The position numbers were made by a program, and so were the translations under genes. A stretch of 63,958 bases of DNA, counting the filler, from Reclinomonas americana ATCC 50394 (lineage: Eukaryota): assembly GCA_048213135.1 (NCBI GenBank). It is 7 parts of 3 records of this genome, joined end to end, with 100 filler letters (N's around TTAATTAATTAA, not from the genome) between each part and the next. Parts side by side here need not be neighbours in the genome. Positions count along the whole stretch, not along the records: positions 25,079 to 33,873 come from PS015169.1; positions 33,974 to 52,551 come from PS015170.1; 5 more parts are not named here. One strand, written 5' to 3'. Numbering within the stretch: position 1 is the first letter of the stretch; every line of letters begins with the position of its first letter. Positions 30,870-42,878 of the stretch are shown in pieces. The notes below the pieces were generated by a model. That model had not been told where the DNA came from. It did not search any database and saw nothing but the letters and a program-made list of their open reading frames with translations.

Positions 30870-31442
30870 GACGTTTGTATTCGGTGCGTTCTCTCTGTCT
30901 TTGTAACGCTCTGTGCTCAATGTATGGTGTGCGTCGCAGGTCACTTGAGTGTCATGCACTCGAGTTGTGAGAAACCAATGAGAAACGGGGAATGTCATGA
31001 ATACCGCGACGTCGCGATCGAAGCTTGTTTTTTGCGCGTTCTGTGCCTTTGCAACACACTACGGTTCCTATATGGTGCGAGGTCGCAGGCCACTATTGCA
31101 GTACGCACTCGCGCCGTGAGAAACAAACTAGAAACGGGGGAATATCGGTGAATTCGGCAAACGTCGACGTGTGTTTGGCTCGTTCTCTCTGTCCTTGTAA
31201 CGCTCTGTGGTCCCTATGCGGTGTGAACTGCGAGCGGCTATTGTAATACACACTACCCGTGAAGATCCGATGAGAAACGGGGGAATATCGATATCCAAGA
31301 ATACGGCGACGTCGATATTCGTTCCGTGCATTCTCTCTGTCGCTGCAACGTTCTGTGCTCATTGCATGGTGGTGTCTGGCACGAGTCGCTATTGCCATAC
31401 ATACTCGCCCAGTGATTACGTGGAGAAACCCGGGAATATCAA
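30870..31442. repeat. Four diverged ~148-bp tandem repeats upstream of the NCL gene
   Basis: The anchor gttctctctgtc..tgyaacg occurs at 30888, 31038, 31182 and 31330. The anchor agaaac(g/c)gggaat occurs at 30981, 31130, 31273 and 31424. Confidence 0.8.
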
Positions 31443-31991
31443 TTGATCAATGAAAGGGCTTCGATGCTTGTTCTGTGCTTTCTCTCCATTGCATTATCGC
31501 GTCGCCCACTGGCTTCCGAGGCGTAGGCCACCATAGTCTCACACGCTTGTTCCACCGGAAAACCAACGAGAAATCAAGAGAAGAACGACCTATCGATTTG
31601 CTCTCGTCTCTGTGTGCATCATTTCGTCGCGATCGCTCTGTGGTCTCTGTAGTGTGTGAGTCGCAGACTACAATAGCAACACACGCTTGTTCCATGCATC
31701 ACCTCCTCGCTCTGTAGTCTCTGCAATGTGTAAATCGCAGAGCACGAGAGCAACACACACTTGTCGAACACACTCGACGTCTGGATCAAAATAAGTTTTG
31801 TGCTTCCGCTTCGTCTTTGCATCTCCCTCTCTGCACAGTGTGCAACACAGATCACCATAGCCATACACACAAGCATGAGAAACAACGAGAAACAAGGAAC
31901 TATCAATGAACACGCTCGACGCTGCAATGTACTCTCGCCTCATCTTCACGTCGCTCTATGATCTCTATGTGGCTTACTTTCCATTGCTGGC

Positions 31992-34179
31992 TCATGATGA
32001 TTTCGCTGCCTTTTGCGCGGCATCGCTGTCGGCCTTGGCTTTCCGCACGTGCTTCACGATGCGATCGGCAATCTCCTCGGCGTTGAAGTTCTTGCCAAAG
32101 TAGTCGATGAAGCGGCCGTCGGGGCCCATGAAGTACATGATGATCGAGTGGTCGATCAGGAAGTCCTGTATGTAAGTGTGGTGAGCACAACGGAGAACTG
32201 GGGAATTAACGGGGAGACGCAACATTGGTCTTCACATCTTCGTCGGCGGGGATGCTAAAGTAGACACGGTAGGCCTTGGTGACGCTCTTCAGTTCCTCCA
32301 TGGTGCCGGTGAGACCGACCATGCGCGGGTGATAACCTGCACACGAGTGTCACCACCACTCGTCTCGCGCACCATCGGATTGCGAGGAAGGACGCAACGA
32401 GTGACGTAATCCTTGACACGTTCGGGGGTGTCGCGCACGGGGTCCACGCTGATAAACACCGGCTGTACCACGGGTCCAATGGTGGCATCCACGCGGTCAA
32501 TGACATGTCGCATCTTGTTCATTTCGGCGGGGCAAATGTCGGGGCATGCCGCTGGTCAAGGAAAAAGGGGAAGGGAGAGGGAAGAGGGGAAGGGTTAGGG
32601 GGCAAGAGAAAGGAGAAGGCGATGGGGGAAGGAGAAGGGGGAAGGAGAAGGGGAAGGAGAAGGGGAAGGAGAAGGGGGAAGGAGAAGGAGAAGATGAAGG
32701 AGAAGAAGGAGGAGGAAGGGGAAAGAACAAGAACAAAACAAGAAAGAGTAAAGAAGAACAAAAACCAAGAACAAGAAAAAGACAGAGAAGGAGAAAGAGA
32801 ATGAGAAACATGCACGAGAATGCACAGGAGAGAATGAGCAAGGGGCANNNNNNNNNNNNNNNNNNNNACCGAAGGGGGAAGACCGAAGGGGAAAGGAGAT
32901 GGGCAAGACGATGGGGGGAAGACCGAAGGGGGGAAGACGATGGGGGAAGACGATGAGGGGAAGACGGAAGGGGGAAGACGGAAGGGGGAAGACGGAAGGG
33001 GGGAAGACGGAAGGGGGAGACGGAAGGAGGGGAAGACGATTGGGGGAAGACGATGGGGGGAAGACGATGGGGGAAGACGATGGGGGGAAGACAGAAGGAG
33101 GAAGACAGAAGGAGGAAGACGGAAGGGGGAAGACCAAGGGAGGAGACAGAGGGCGGAAGACGGAGGGCGGAAGACGGAGAGCGGAACACGCAAGAGGAAG
33201 ACACAAGGAGAAGAAGCATGGGGAAGACGAAGGGGGCCGACAAAGGGGGGAGACAAAGGGGGAAGAACATGGGGGAGCCTGGGGGAAGACAGAAGCGAGA
33301 AGAGAAAGAGAAGAAGGCGATCGTGGAAGACGAAGGGGTGCAAGTGACTGTCGGTGCTCCTTCCCTCCCGGAGCAGCGCGCAACTAAAACCAAAGTAGAT
33401 CAGCGTGAAACGACCGTGAAAGTCCGTGTCAGTGCGTCGCTTGCCGTCTTGATCGATGAGCGAGAAGGCACCTCCGAGAGTCGGAGTTCCCACAGTCTCC
33501 ACCACAGCTGTCACACACAAGAGACTGTGAGCACACTGAGAGACACAGACACAGAGAGAAAGAGAGAGAGACGCAACCCTCTTGCTTCTTGCTCTCCTTC
33601 TCGTTCTGGAAGTACCAGTAGAGACCACCGCCAAGCACAGTCAGCGCGACAGCTTGCACAGTCACACCTCGCCAGTCAAATGCCTGTGAGAGAGAGAGAG
33701 AAGAGAGAATGAGAGACTGAGAGAGACTGCGAGAGGCAGAGAGAGGCAGAGAGAGAAAATGAGAGACAGCGTGAGAGAGAGAAGGGCAAGAGACAGAGTG
33801 AGAGACAGACAGACATCAGCGCGGAGTGAGGTGGAGAGTCAGAGAGGCAGAGAGAGAGAGAGAGAGAGAGAGANNNNNNNNNNNNNNNNNNNNNNNNNNN
33901 NNNNNNNNNNNNNNNNNTTAATTAATTAANNNNNNNNNNNNNNNNNNNNNNNNNNNNNNNNNNNNNNNNNNNNGAGAGAGAGAGAGAGAGAGAGAGCGCA
34001 CAGAGAGAGAAGAGACAACAGACCTTCCACGATGACTCCGAGGGCGGAGGCGGAGGAGGAGGTGATGAGTCAGGCGAGGAGGCAGAGGAAGACCATGCAC
34101 ATTGCATGCTGCTGAGTGGCGCCCACGGAGAGCGACGAGCCGCGCAGAGAGAACGAGTCACTTGTCGCAGCAGCAGCAT
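31992..34179 (-). CDS. SCO1: Cytochrome c oxidase copper chaperone SCO1/SCO2
   Basis: Presequence, TM segment, [28 protein letters not shown] (CxxxC), [20 protein letters not shown] and [13 protein letters not shown]. The gene spans the linker at 33918. Confidence 0.92.
32869..33300. repeat. Purine-rich 13-14-bp minisatellite (GGGGGAAGACG[GAA/AT]) in a SCO intron
   Basis: Direct tandem copies of gggggaagacggaa / gggggaagacgat are visible. Confidence 0.8.
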
Positions 34180-34297
34180 CTCTTGATTGAATCTAGCAGA
34201 GAGGACGCAGGATGATGCGGACAGACGACCCTTACGTTGTTTATAATCAGTGGGTTGTCAATAAAAGAAAGGAAGGGAGGTGAGAGTGCAAGAGTTT

Positions 34298-36561
34298 TTA
34301 AAGGGCGCCTGGTGTGTTGCCGAGCTGCTCGTGGAACTGGCGATACACGGTAATGTCGTCGACGTTGTCGAATGCGCGTTTTCTGGGCGTGGCCGAGCCG
34401 CTGGCGCCACTGGCGGAGGAGGCGACGGAGGGTCGGTTGCCGGGTGGACCCGAGATGCCGACGGCGTAGGAGAGGCGGTCAAAGGCGTTGCGGCGGGAGA
34501 TGGAGAGGTTTTCGAGTTTGCGCAGGTTGGTGAAGAGCTCCGTGGCGCCCAGTGGGTCCACGCTGCAGCCTGCGCGTGACTGTGAGACGCCGATGAAGAA
34601 CAACTTGCGTGAGGAGGCAGGGTACGTGCCGTCAATGTAGAGCTCTTGCAGGTCGGTCAACTGCGCAATCCAGTGCGCGCCCTCGTTGCCGAGGGTGTTG
34701 TTGCTGATGGTGAGGATGCGCAACGCTCGCATGGACTGCGAAAGAGCGCGTGCGCCGTCCTCCGTTATCCGATTGTCTGCCGAGTGGTGTGAGCGAGCGA
34801 CGAGAAGAAGGATGACACGCAAAGACACACCAGAAATGTCGAGGTACGCCAGTGTGTCGCCCAGCTTCTCGGCAATGGCCGAGGCGCCCTCATCGCGCAC
34901 CTCGTTGCCGCGGATGCTGAGGCGCTCCAGTCGCCTCAGGTTGTCGACAATGAGCCGCACGCCGGCCACGCCGATTCCGTTCTCGTCCAGCTCGAGAATG
35001 CGCAGGCCGCGCAGGTTGGCGCAAATGACTCGCACGCCCTCGACGCCCACGTCGCACACGTTGAGGCGGAGGACTTGCAGGGAGCGGCATAGCTCGGCAA
35101 TGTGTCGTGTGCCGCCTGCACAAAGGAAAGGGTGAGTGGGAGTGGGAGGGTGGGTGGTGATTGATTTGGTGGTGAGTGAGCGAGCGCACCAACGTGCAGG
35201 AGGTTGTGCGAGGCGTCGAGGGTCTCTAATCGAGGTGCCAGGCGCTCGCACAGGGGTCGGAGGCCGTCGGCGGAGAGCTCGTTGCCTGGGGGGAGAGAGG
35301 GTGAGAGGGAGGGAGGGGGGAGGGGAGAAGGAGAGGGGGAGGGTGAGAGGGAGGGACGGGGAGAGAAGAGAGAGGGCGAGGAAGGGGGAGGGAGAGAGGG
35401 AGGGGAGAACGAGAGAGGGAGGGACGGGGGAGAGGGAATGAGTGAAGGAGTAAGTGTGTGTGTGTGTGTGAGAGAGACTGTGTGTGTGTGACTGTGTGTG
35501 AGTCACTGTNNNNNNNNNNNNNNNNNNNNNNNNNNNNNNNNNNNNNNNNNNNNNNNNNNNNNNNNNNNNNNNNNNNNNNNNNNNNNNNNNNNNNNNNNNN
35601 NNNNNNNNNNNNNNNNNNNNNNNNNNNNNNNNNNNNNNNNNNNNNNNNNNNNNNNNNNNNNNNNNNNNNNNNNNNNNNNNNNNNNNNNNNNNNNNNNNNN
35701 NNNNNNNNNNNNNNNNNNNNNNNNNNNNNNNNNNNNNNNNNNNNNNNNNNNNNNNNNNNNNNNNNNNNNNNNNNNNNNNNNNNNNNNNNNNNNNNNNNNN
35801 NNNNNNNNNNNNNNNNNNNNNNNNNNNNNNNNNNNNNNNNNNNNNNNNNNAGTGAGTGAGTGAGTGAGTGAGTGAGTGAGTGAGTGAGTGAGTGAGTGAG
35901 TGAGTGAGTGAGTGAGTGAGTGAGTGAGTGAGTGAGTGGTGAGAGAGAGAGAGAGTGAGAGAGTGAGTGAGAGAGTGAGTGGGAGAGTGAGTGAGTGAGT
36001 GAGTGAGTGAGTGAGTGAGTGAGTGAGTGAGTGAGTGAGTGAGTGAGTGAGTGAGTGAGTGAGTGAGTGAGTGAGTGAGTGAGTGAGTGAGTGAGTGAGT
36101 GAGTGAGTGAGTGTGAGTGAGTGAAGGGAGTGAGTGAGTGAGTGAGTGAGCGAATGAGTGAGTGAGCGAGTGAGAGAGAGTGAGTGAGTGTGTGAGTGAA
36201 AGAGTGAGTGAGTGTGTGTGTGTGTGTATGCGTGTGTGTGTGTGTGTGTGTGTGTGGTTGTTGACGCAACGAGAGACATCGAGCTCGGTGATGAGAGGCA
36301 ATGGAGGCAGGCTTGCGGTGATCACTGCCACATCGGCATCGATCAGTCGTCGGCCGAGGCAATCAACGCCACCGTTGGTGCCGTTGGGGCGGATTACGGA
36401 GGGGAGGAGGAGCTGCATGAGTCGTGTGTGTGTGTGAGAGAGTGAGGATCTTGTGTTTGGTGTTTCAAACATGCCTGTGTGGGATGGTTGGTGAGTTGGG
36501 TGGCCAGTTCGTCTTGCAGGAGCTCGTCGGGCGATGCTTCTTTGCCACACGAACAGCCCAT
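34298..36561 (-). CDS. N-acylated (MGCSCGK) LRR protein; two GC-AG introns and a microsatellite-expanded intron
   Basis: ATG at 36561. LRR units include LELDENGIG, LSIRGNEV, LDISDNRI, LTISNNTL and LYIDGCSV. Confidence 0.8.
35851..36255. repeat. (GAGT)n tetranucleotide microsatellite grading into (GT)n, intronic
   Basis: Long perfect gagt run adjacent to a gap. Confidence 0.95.
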
Positions 36562-36761
36562 GGTGAACGCGTGTGAAGTGTTATGTCTGTGATCGTGGTC
36601 GGCCGTCGATTCATCAAACGGCCGATTGCTTCGAGTGCGCGAGTGTCGTCATTGATCGTACGCGAGCGTATCCAAGTGCGCATCCAAGGTGAAAGACCTT
36701 GTAATAGACTTTCTGCATCACTGGTGAAAAGGATCCGGACTCTTCAGTGCAGAACGCGCAG

Positions 36762-37430
36762 AATGCGAATCCAGTCGCTGATATTGCATCAATTGAACTT
36801 GCACTCGGTACCGCAGCGGTTTATGCGCAGTGTTTCAAGCAGTCTCCAGCCGGCGTGTGCAACAATTGTCAGCAGGACGTACCACTGCAAAGACAGACTC
36901 GATCCAGAACTTCAAGAAACGCTTGCGATTGTAGCGTCAATTGACGACGATAGCCACATCGGTATGCTCGTTCTTGCGTTGAACGCCTTCGTCGGTCGGA
37001 AATATATCATGCTCTCTGAGCTGACATTTCTTGCTGCAGCGTGCTTGACTTCACTTGTCCGATCGCAATATCGACAGCAATACGCCGATCCCAGTCACCG
37101 TCGCCACCACCTCCGCGACGCACAACTCTTGCAGATGCACTTCGAACAGACTCTCGTATCCCCCCTGTGCGTATCACATCTGTCCCTCCTGTCTCCCCAT
37201 GAATATTGAATCGATGTCCGATTGCCATCAGCACCAAGTATTTCACTCTCTCCCCACCTCCCACTCCCTCCTCCCCACCCACCTTCCCACCCTCAGCCTC
37301 CCCCACCACCACCACCCACCCTCCCCCACCCACCCACCCCTCCACAACCACCGGGCCCTCCACGCCCCCTCCTCCCTCACCTTCGAATTTCATGCAAGGT
37401 GCGCGCAAATTTGAAACCGGACCAATGCTT
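36762..37430 (+). CDS. Possible small hypothetical spliced gene; boundaries uncertain
   Basis: An open frame with a plausible GTATGC..CTGAC..CAG intron (about 36962-37039) and a donor after QMHFEQTL. No homology recognised. Confidence 0.3.
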
Positions 37431-37716
37431 TCCGTGTCCGACTCCCTCTCCATTCCTCCCCCCTTCCCTCCCTCCCTCCATCCCTGCCACACCTCGCGAT
37501 TCGCATGCATCAGAGCAGCCACATACTGCACAACTTCAGCCGATTTTGTGCAGTCAAGCGCGCGGACATCCGCGAATTCACGCCGAAATCGAGCGGGCCC
37601 GCACGCGAAATCGAGATCCACACCGCAATTTGAGTCGTGAGTCGCCAAGCATGTGAACGCCAATGCAGTGTGTGTCTCCCTGCTGAGACAAGACCACCAC
37701 CTAACTCCAACAAACC

Positions 37717-38785
37717 ATGTGCCCCAAGTTGACTCCTGCTGAGCGACAACGACGCGAGAAGGTGCGACAGGCACTGAAGAAGCGCAAGCGCGGCCTGCAA
37801 AAGAAATGTGTTGCGTCTCTCTGCTCCCTCTTCCACGCACACACACTCTCTCTGTGTGTGCTGACATTATAACCTCGCGTGCAGACAGAGCTGGTCGACA
37901 AGTGCGGCGTGGAACTGCTGCTGATGATGAAGGATTACGGCGGTCGTCTCTTCATGTACTCGTCAAACAGTGATCCTCGTCGGTGCGCGCGCACTCTCTC
38001 TCGCCCTCTCTCACTTTCCCGCGCACTGTAATAGCTCACACACACATGCGCGCAGGTTAATCCACGAGGTGCTGCAGGCGCCACCTGGTGTCGTGTTTCC
38101 GTTTGATGGTCGTGTGCGGCCGACTCGCCGACACACCGCCGCGGCGATTGGCGAGGATGCAGAGGAGGAGGAGGAGGGGCAAGAGGAGGAAGAGGAAGAG
38201 GAGGAGGAGGACGATGAGGAGGAGGCGAGCGAGGAGACGGAGGAAAGCGGGGGCTGGGAGCAATGTGGCGAACCGATGGCGACGAGGAGTAGCCGTCTGC
38301 GTGCGCCGCCTGCTCCTCCGACTCGCATGGCGCAGTTTGATGGCAGTCTGGTCGTCACTGTGGTGCCGTTGAAAGCCGAGTCGCCGCCTGCGCCGCCACA
38401 ACCACAACCTCTAATGTCGTCGTACATGCCGGCGGCTGGATGGGCACCACCACACCTGCCGCTCGCCCTGCCGCCGCTGCCGCAATCGTCGGGCCCTCTG
38501 CCGCCCCTTCCTCTCCTGTCGTTGCCTCCGCCGCCGCCACTGCCATCTCAGTCACAAGAGTTGGGGTACCCGTCGTCGGCGAATGCACCAAACTTCTCGT
38601 CGGTGTTTGCTCCGTGCGCCTGCCACAGCAGCGGGGACTCGCTGGCATCTTCACTCATGTCGTCCCCGCTGTCCTCCACCGCGGACAGCATTGTGAACGA
38701 CGACGGCGTGGTGATGGAGTTTAGCGATTGCTGGCCACCAGTTGACGGCGCCATGTACAGCAGCTCGTCAACAACATTAATGTAG
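37717..38785 (+). CDS. Divergent MADS-box transcription factor
   Basis: The spliced N-terminus RQALKKRKRGLQKKCTELVDKCGVELLLMMKDYGGRLFMYSSN matches the MADS pattern KRxxGLxKKxxELxxLCxxxxxLxxxxxxGxxxxY. Acidic and Pro-rich tails follow. Confidence 0.7.
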
Positions 38786-38794
38786 TACCCCATT

Positions 38795-40560
38795 ATTATT
38801 ATTGTACGTGGCGTGGAGGTGCCCTCTCCCGCCTTTCTCTTCTTTTTTTTTTCGTCTGTCGTGTTGCCTTGTACACCTGAGTGCGTGTGGATATGCCGTC
38901 TTGCCTGCGCACAATTACTGTATGTGGCGTGGAGATCCTGTCTTGCTCTTCTTCCTCTTCTGCCACCGTGGACACAATGGGAGGTCAGCTGCACAATTAT
39001 TGTAAGTGGCATGGAGACGCCATCCCGCCTGCGTTGCTCTTTCCCCATCTGTCGTGCCGCCGTGGCACACTTAGAGGTCGGTTTCACACTATCTTAATAT
39101 CGTCCCGCGTGCCTTGGTCTTCCTCTTCTTTTTGTCTGTCGTGCTGTCGTGGACACACTAAGAGGTCAGCTGCATATTTTTTGTTGTGTGGCGTAGAGAT
39201 CCTGTCTTGCTCTTCTCTGTTCTTCGTCTGCCGTGCCGTTGTAGACGCGCCACCAGGCGAGGTCACTTCCATATTATTATTGTACGTGGCGTGGAGGTGC
39301 CCTCCCGCCTTCCTTTCTTTTTCTTCGTCTGTCGTGCCGCCATGTACACACTGAGAGGTCAGTTGTGCGTGGATATGCCCCCGCGCCTGTCTTGCTCCAC
39401 CGTGGTCACACTGAGAGGTGGTGCACACTGCTGTGTGAATATGCCCTCTCGCCTGCCTTGCTCTTCTTCCTCTTCTGCCGTGACACCGTGGACACAATGG
39501 GAGGTCAGCTGCACTTTTTTTGTTGTTTGGCATGGAGATGCCATTCCGCCTTACTTGCTCTCCTTTGTCTTCTTCGTCTGTCGTGCCCCCGCGCTTGCCT
39601 TACTGTTGTGCATGCCCTTCCCTCTTCTTTTCGTCTGTCGTGTCGTCGTGGACACACTGAGACGTGAGTTGCACTGTATTATTGTTGTGTGCCCTCTCTT
39701 CTTTTCTTCATCTGTCGTGCCTGAGAGGTCAGCTGCACAGTATTAATGTATGTGGCCCTCCTGCCTTTCTCTTCTTTTTCTTCATCTATCATGCCGCCTT
39801 GTACACCGGAGAGGTCTGTTGCACATTGTTGTGTGTGGATATGCTGTTTCGCATGCCTTGCTCTTCGAATTCTTCCTCTTCTGCCGTGCCACCGTGGACA
39901 CACTGAAGAGGTGTTGCACAATTATTGTATGTGGCATGGAGATGCCATCCCGCCTGTCTTGCTCTCCTTTGTCTTCTTCATTGTCGTGCCCCCGCGCCTG
40001 CCTTACTCTTCCCTCTTATTGTTATTCATGTGCGTGGCGTGGAGATACCCTCCCCCTGTCGTGCCCTTCCCTCTTTTTCTTCGTCTGTCGTGCCGTCGTG
40101 AACACTGAGAGGTCTGCTACACATTATTTCTATTGTGCGTGGCCCTCTCGCCTGCCTTGCTCTTCCCTCTTCTTCTTCGTCTGTCGCGCCGCCGCGGCTG
40201 ATAGGTCAGCTGCACAGTTTTGATGTACGTGGCTTCCTCTTCCCCTTCTTCTTCATCTGTCGTGTCGCCGTGGTTGTGAGAGGTCAGCTGCACAGTTTTA
40301 ATGTTCGTGGCCCTCTCGCCTTCCTCTTCTTTTCCTCATCTGTCGTGCCGTCGTGGACACACAGAGAGGTCTCCTGCACTGTATTATTGTACGTGGCCCT
40401 CCCGCCTGCCTTGCTCTTCGTCTGTCGTGCCGTCGTGAGCACTGAGAGGTCTATTACAGATTGTTATTATTGTGTGTGACGTGGGGATGCCCTCCAGCTC
40501 TTCCCTCTTCTTCTTCGTCTGTCGCACCGCCGCGGCTGATAGGTCTGCAGCACAGACCCT
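38795..40560. repeat. Degenerate ~80-95-bp tandem array (about 20 units) between convergent genes
   Basis: The unit tcttcgtctgtcgtgccgccgtggacacactgagaggtcagctgcaca..tattgtaygtggcrtggagrtgccctcccgcctgccttgctc recurs. gaggt anchors lie at about 38981, 39074, 39162, 39259, 39355, 39501, 39724, 39811, 39908, 40109, 40280, 40366 and 40445. Confidence 0.85.
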
Positions 40561-40630
40561 CGCAGCTTCCTCCCCTTCTCCCTTTCGTAGTTCTGACCCA
40601 CTCCTTGTTGGTCACCTCGAGTCAGCGCAA

Positions 40631-41627
40631 TCATCGCTCCTCGCTTCCCTCTCCCGCATCGCCGTCTTCCTCGTCGCCATCATCATCCTCGTCGACCTTG
40701 TAGTGCGTGAATCTATTCTGCAGCTCCGTCAACAAGTGGAACGGGCGCAGCAACAACTATGCACGCAAGTCAGGTGGGAGTACACGGCGCTCGTCTCCCT
40801 CCCCACACCACACACACTCACCGGCTCCACCGCCGCATCCTCGTCTAGAATGCGCAGTGCGACAGCCACCGCCTCAATCGTGGACCTATGACCCGCCGTC
40901 GGCTGCTTGCGATAATGAAAGCGCGACTCTGGCAACATCTCCGCCGCCGGCAGCTTCACCGCCTGCACCCCGGACTCGGCAAACAGCGCCCCGCCTCTCG
41001 TGTACAGATTACGCGCCTGCGTCCACGTTCCATCCAGCACAATCAGCGTCCGCGCAAAGGGTTGCTCCGATGATGATGAAGAAGATGAGGATGCTTCGCT
41101 GGCATCCGTGGTGGACTCTTGCAGTGCACGTGAGCTGGGCACATCGCTAATGTCGACCGCCCTTGCCGTCGGGAAGAGCAGGAGAGTGTGCGGAGAGGCG
41201 AGCGCAGTCGTCAGCTCATCATCAATGTGGGCGTGGAATGATCGCCGATTGATGACCACACACGCCTCCGGTTGCAAGCACGACTGAATGAGTGGCAGTG
41301 TGCGGAGTGGGCGCTTGAGCTCGCGAGGCTGTTGTCACGCGCACAAATGAGCAACCTGTGTGAGAGAGATGCCTGTTCCGCTGTTGACGCAACATGCTGT
41401 ATGACCAACACGCGAGTCAGTGGGCGGTATCGTTGCGCCGGCAGTGCAGCACACAGGCACACAGTCACCGGTCGACTGCGCAAGAGAGAGAATGAGCACA
41501 AAAATCGAACACACACACACACACTTGCGCGCAACAAGCAGTGGTGGTACCTGCACTGTGCACACACTGCGCGTCGGCGTGCTCTTGCAGTGCTGCTGTC
41601 GTCTTCGCCCTCGCTGGTACTTGCCAT
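40631..41627 (-). CDS. DTW-domain tRNA aminocarboxypropyltransferase (DTWD2/TapT-like)
   Basis: CxxCxRPxxxCLC, VIQHPRE, LLLFP, IVLDGTWTQA, YRKQP and STIEAV. Confidence 0.9.
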
Positions 41628-42005
41628 CTTCTTTGAAACAGCACACACCGTCGACCGTTACCTTAATATGCCCCTTATTCGTTGTCCCACACAATCAATC
41701 AATTGCTCTTGCGTTCGTCATCAGCCTCCGCTTTCGCTCATCATTGCTCTCCACGTTCACATAATGCCTCTCTAACACGCACAGATGCACGCGCGTGCTT
41801 GAGTATAATGGCATGCGTTGCGCTGCGGTATTTTATATGCAGAGGCAGATTCTTCGCCAGAAGATTCGGAGGCGACGGTTGCATGATTGGCCTCTGCTGT
41901 TTCGCTGTTGTGCGCGTGTTGTGTGCGCAGTGATCGTGCACATTGGGCGATCAACTCTGTTGTGTGTGTTTTTTCCTCACACGCGTCGTCGACGTTTCGT
42001 GACTC

Positions 42006-42798
42006 ATGCTGGCGCCCTCCGGAACAAGCAGCTGGCGATCCACCAACAACGCCACCACCACCACCAAAGACAACAACAATAACACCAAAGGAGCATCGTT
42101 GTTGCCACAAAAGCAACCGCGTGGAGTCGGATGGGAGCGCTTCTGTGGCCACCTTGCCCACCAGCGACCGACAGTGAGTCAACGTCGTCTTTTCTCGTCG
42201 CAAGCACGAAAGAACATTGAAACCAATCATCGTTGTGTGTGTGCGTGTGCAGCTGGGTCCTGTGTGGCTCCAATGGCTGCTTGCTGTGTTTGCGCGAGTG
42301 CAGCTGCTGGCAGTGGTGTTGAGCCCGCTGCTGTTCAGTCTCGGAGGAGCATCTGCGGCCTCTCAGTCGCTGACCACAAGAGTGCTACAATACCTGTACT
42401 ATGTAGCCTCGTGGACGCCATCGGTGCGTGTATATATGTGAATGTCGCCGCAGGTCGACAACTGAGTACTGATTGTGGTGTGGATTACTGCTATATGCAG
42501 ACAATGGGTTCCGGACTGATGCTGTCAGTGTCGATTGCCGTGTGCATTACAATCGCGTTGGTAATTGCACAGCTGGCGTTTGCGTATCGCCGATTGCGGC
42601 TTGTTCCGTTGCTGCAATCGTCGCGCAACNNNNNNNNNNNNNNNNNNNNNNNNNNNNNNNNNNNNNNNNNNNNNNNNNNNNNNNNNNNNNNNNNNNNNNN
42701 NNNNNNNNNNNNNNNNNNNNNNNNNNNNNNNNNNNNNNNNNNNNNNNNNNNNNNNNNNNNNNNNNNNNNNNNNNNNNNNNNNNNNNNNNNNNNNNNNN

Positions 42799-42878
<80 letters not shown>

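Noticed and set aside
36580-36900. Minus-strand RNase H-like phrase (ILFTSDAESLLQGLSPWMRTW) suggesting a retroelement relic
   Set aside because: The frame has several stops, no other RNase H or RT motifs are present, and the resemblance is weak.
38795-40560. CRISPR-like array
   Set aside because: There are no invariant repeats with unique spacers, the whole unit is degenerate and repeated, no cas genes are present, and the context is eukaryotic.
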